A stretch of DNA of 62,485 nucleotides, counting the filler. It is 7 parts of 7 records of this genome, joined end to end, with 100 filler letters (N's around TTAATTAATTAA, not from the genome) between each part and the next. Parts side by side here need not be neighbours in the genome. Positions count along the whole stretch, not along the records: positions 57,461 to 62,485 come from SRR20825010_6477; 6 more parts are not named here. One strand, written 5' to 3'. A program made the translations under genes and the position numbers. The notes beneath the pieces are model-generated. The model saw nothing but the letters and a program-made list of their open reading frames with translations, was not told the DNA's origin and searched no databases. Of this stretch, positions 60,034 to 62,485 are shown in pieces (within the stretch, counting starts at the first letter, position 1; every line of letters starts with the position of its first letter).

Positions 60034-60861
60034 ATGAACTATCAACGCACGGCGACCGCAGACTGGGCATTCGCGATCAAGCGGGCAATAACGCCCGTTA
60101 ACGGGTCCGTGCTGCGTGCCGCCGTGGTCGGCGCGGCGATTGGCGCAGCGGTTGTTCTCGGGATGGAGTTGCGTGAACTGACCGACCGGCAGGGCGGCCT
60201 GAAGGCGAGCCTGCGATTGGCATTGGATCATGCAGCGCAGCGTGTGCAGACTGTTGCTGGCTCAGGAAGCAGGCATCCGCTATGGCAGCGCCCGGCGGAG
60301 GATACCGCTCCGCCCCGACGACCGGTTTCATCATCACCGTCCGGCCTCATTTTCACGACCGGACGAAACGGCGTCCTTTCGCTCAAGGGCGTGATCCAGC
60401 CGGGGAGCGCCAGCCGTCTGCGTGATGTGCTGACCGCATCGGCATTGCCGATCACCACTGTCACGCTCGATTCTCCGGGGGGTGCGCTTAACGACGCCAT
60501 GGCCATGGCGCGGTTGATTCGCCAGCGGGGGTTGGCGACCCGGGTTGAGGCCGGCGCGACCTGCGCCTCCTCATGTCCGCTGGTTCTGGCTGGCGGTACG
60601 GAGCGCCATGTCGGCCGCAATGCGACCGTCGCGTTGCACCAGTTCCACAGCCCCGGGAGCCTCTTCGATCCTCGGCAGGCCCTTTCGGATGCCCAGCTGG
60701 TGACCGCAAGGATTTCCCGCCATCTGGACGAAATGGGTGTCGACCCGGCCCTTTGGCTGCATGCGCTCGACACCCCGCCGCGTGCGCTCTACGTGCTCTC
60801 TCCGGAGCAGATGATCGCTTACCGGCTTGTTACAGATACCCGGTCGCTGGCGCTGAACTAG
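60034..60861 (+). CDS. ClpP/crotonase-fold periplasmic protein (COG3904-like)
   Basis: LDSPGG, CASSCPLVLAGG..R, LHQ. Confidence 0.75.
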   Translation: MNYQRTATADWAFAIKRAITPVNGSVLRAAVVGAAIGAAVVLGMELRELTDRQGGLKASLRLALDHAAQRVQTVAGSGSRHPLWQRPAEDTAPPRRPVSSSPSGLIFTTGRNGVLSLKGVIQPGSASRLRDVLTASALPITTVTLDSPGGALNDAMAMARLIRQRGLATRVEAGATCASSCPLVLAGGTERHVGRNATVALHQFHSPGSLFDPRQALSDAQLVTARISRHLDEMGVDPALWLHALDTPPRALYVLSPEQMIAYRLVTDTRSLALN

Positions 60862-60913
60862 GCCGGCATGTGCCGCGACAGATTGGCCGGTAGCCGACGC
60901 AGCTAGGGCCCTG

Positions 60914-61132
60914 TCAGCCCTCTTCCACGTCCGGCTGATATTCAAGAATGTCGCCGGGCTGACAATCGAGCGCCCGGCATATCCTTTCGAGCGTCTCGAA
61001 GCGGACACCGCGCACCTTGCCCGATTTGAGCAGAGAGACATTCTGTTCAGTGATGCCGATCTGCTCGGCCAGTTCCTTGGAACGCATCTTACGGCGCGCC
61101 AGCATGACATCGAGATTGACGATTATCGGCAT
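60914..61132 (-). CDS. Cro/C1-type HTH regulator (YozG-like)
   Basis: NLDVMLARRKM...LSLLKSGK.GVRFETL..IC.ALDCQPGDILEY-type sequence. Confidence 0.94.
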   Translation of the reverse strand: MPIIVNLDVMLARRKMRSKELAEQIGITEQNVSLLKSGKVRGVRFETLERICRALDCQPGDILEYQPDVEEG

Positions 61133-61137
61133 GGCGA

Positions 61138-61683
61138 TCACACAAAGTCGCGCTGTTCAGCGCGCACCTCTGCCGCCACCGCCATGAGTCGCCCTGCCAT
61201 ATACATGACGCAGGCGATCAGAAGCGCCAGAAGCTCGGAACTTCCAAACCCTATCGACAAGGCCTTCTGACCAGGTGGATTGCCAAGGGTCAGAACGAGG
61301 ATCATCAATGTCTGCAACAGGATGCTTCCTCCCGCCACGGCCACGAATGCAAGGCTGGCTCGGCGCAGCCAATGGGCCGATTCAACCGACAGCGGCTCCT
61401 CTGCTGCAAAAGCACCAAACATCCGCCAGACACAATAAAGCGCAGCCGCGAGCAGCCCGAACTGAACAACCATCAACGCGACCGTGGCACCCACGGCCAA
61501 AGGCGTAAAGGTCAGCGGACCGGAAAGAGAAAGACCATTTCGAACAAGCTCCTCGAAACGAGCCGGCTCCCCGCCAGCACTCAGCACCAGCCAGCAAACC
61601 GCAAGAGCGATAAGAAGGCCAACACCAAGGACAATGTGCTGCATCAGGCGCCCAAGACGGCGCAATTCGGCCACGTCATGCAT
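61138..61683 (-). CDS. DUF2975-family membrane protein
   Basis: four TM helices, ends in EQRDFV, directly upstream of the YozG-like HTH gene. Confidence 0.85.
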   Translation of the reverse strand: MHDVAELRRLGRLMQHIVLGVGLLIALAVCWLVLSAGGEPARFEELVRNGLSLSGPLTFTPLAVGATVALMVVQFGLLAAALYCVWRMFGAFAAEEPLSVESAHWLRRASLAFVAVAGGSILLQTLMILVLTLGNPPGQKALSIGFGSSELLALLIACVMYMAGRLMAVAAEVRAEQRDFV

Positions 61684-61704
61684 CAAATCACCTCTTGCTT
61701 GATT

Positions 61705-61727
61705 TAATTAATGTATTACGATAATTA
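61705..61727. promoter_or_regulatory. candidate operator of the HTH regulator
   Basis: taattaatgtattacgataatta, imperfect palindrome (9 of 11 pairs) in the divergent promoter. Confidence 0.5.
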
Positions 61728-61765
61728 ATTATCCTGTTTCAACCTTTTTCAAAAGGACTATCTCC

Positions 61766-62359
61766 ATGTTTCCCCCAAAATCCATCGGACGCACCGCCCT
61801 CCCCCTCTGTGCGCTGGCAGCTTTTACCTTGAGCCTGGCGGCAGGCCCCGCCAGAGCAGAGAATTTTGATCCATTGAGCGCCGATCCGGCCACGCTCGGG
61901 ATTGCCGTCAAGATCAATGGGAATTTGCGTCTGCAGAAAGGCGATGCCGTGCTGGTGATGCAGCTTCCCAGCGAACGCAGGGAATGGGCGATCGATGAAA
62001 CCTTCATTCTCGACATCGCCAAGGTCCAACAGGACGTGAAAAGTTCGAACGCGTCCGAGACCACGGATCATTACGAACTGGCGATGATTGCGCCAACCGA
62101 CCGCAGCCGATTCAAGGAAGCGCTGAGAAAGGCGCGGGAAGCGAGAGAAGCGACCGCCACCGGCGGGAAAGGGTCGATCAGCGTGTCTGTAACGGGAGGC
62201 TGCAAGACAGGCCCACTGGATTCTGCCGTCGCGACCCTGCAGGGCTTTCTGCGCGCCAGCGCAGACGCCCCGCTAGTCCCTTTGACCGGCACGATGAAAC
62301 TGTCGGATGTTTTCCGGCAGGCCGGCGTGCCTTTTACAGCCATTCCTGACTGTAAGTGA
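61766..62359 (+). CDS. hypothetical exported protein
   Basis: signal peptide ending in ARA, 197 aa. Confidence 0.7.
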   Translation: MFPPKSIGRTALPLCALAAFTLSLAAGPARAENFDPLSADPATLGIAVKINGNLRLQKGDAVLVMQLPSERREWAIDETFILDIAKVQQDVKSSNASETTDHYELAMIAPTDRSRFKEALRKAREAREATATGGKGSISVSVTGGCKTGPLDSAVATLQGFLRASADAPLVPLTGTMKLSDVFRQAGVPFTAIPDCK

Positions 62360-62485
62360 GCGTGGAAGCGGCGGGGCTTAGCCCTGCCGCGGCCACTCGC
62401 GGATATCCACGAAATGCCCGGCAATGGCAGCAGCGGCAGCCATTGCCGGCGAAACCAGATGGGTGCGGCCCTTGAAGCCCTGACG

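Overview
This window is not one genome. It contains seven unrelated contigs joined by six artificial 100-nt spacers (N-run + TTAATTAATTAA + N-run). (1) 1-27615, a Rhodopirellula-like planctomycete chromosome: leuS, trpF, tRNA-Leu(GAG), Na+/Pi cotransporter, GT2 and epimerase, DHH phosphoesterase, sialidase, a PVC-type heme-c protein, divergent phoD/phoX plus a DUF1559 pilin-like gene pair, two Zn-ribbon paralogues and a partial CHASE3 sensor. (2) 27716-34980, an integrative, satellite/PICI-like element: tyrosine integrase, AlpA, primase and helicase encoded as two genes, and an iteron-rich putative origin. (3) 35081-38762, a TRAP transporter and a beta-keto-acid cleavage enzyme. (4) 38863-42153, purM-purN, a cfa-like methyltransferase and a multicopper oxidase. 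(5) 42254-45658, a MASE1-CHASE hybrid kinase. (6) 45759-57360, an AT-rich Bacteroidota (Algoriphagus-like) contig. (7) 57461-62485, an alphaproteobacterial sdhCDA region. The most interesting sequence-level signals are: the split primase/helicase followed by 7 exact ACTGGCGC repeats in contig 2; a displaced, purely synonymously diverged copy of the last 12 codons of gntP that brackets a two-gene insert; candidate Pho boxes linking the phosphatases, the Na/Pi transporter and a DUF1559 pair; an inverted pair of three-hairpin REP-like units; and a perfect CtrA box upstream of an uncharacterised secreted protein. Taxonomy and family calls come from motif recognition only; no database search was run.
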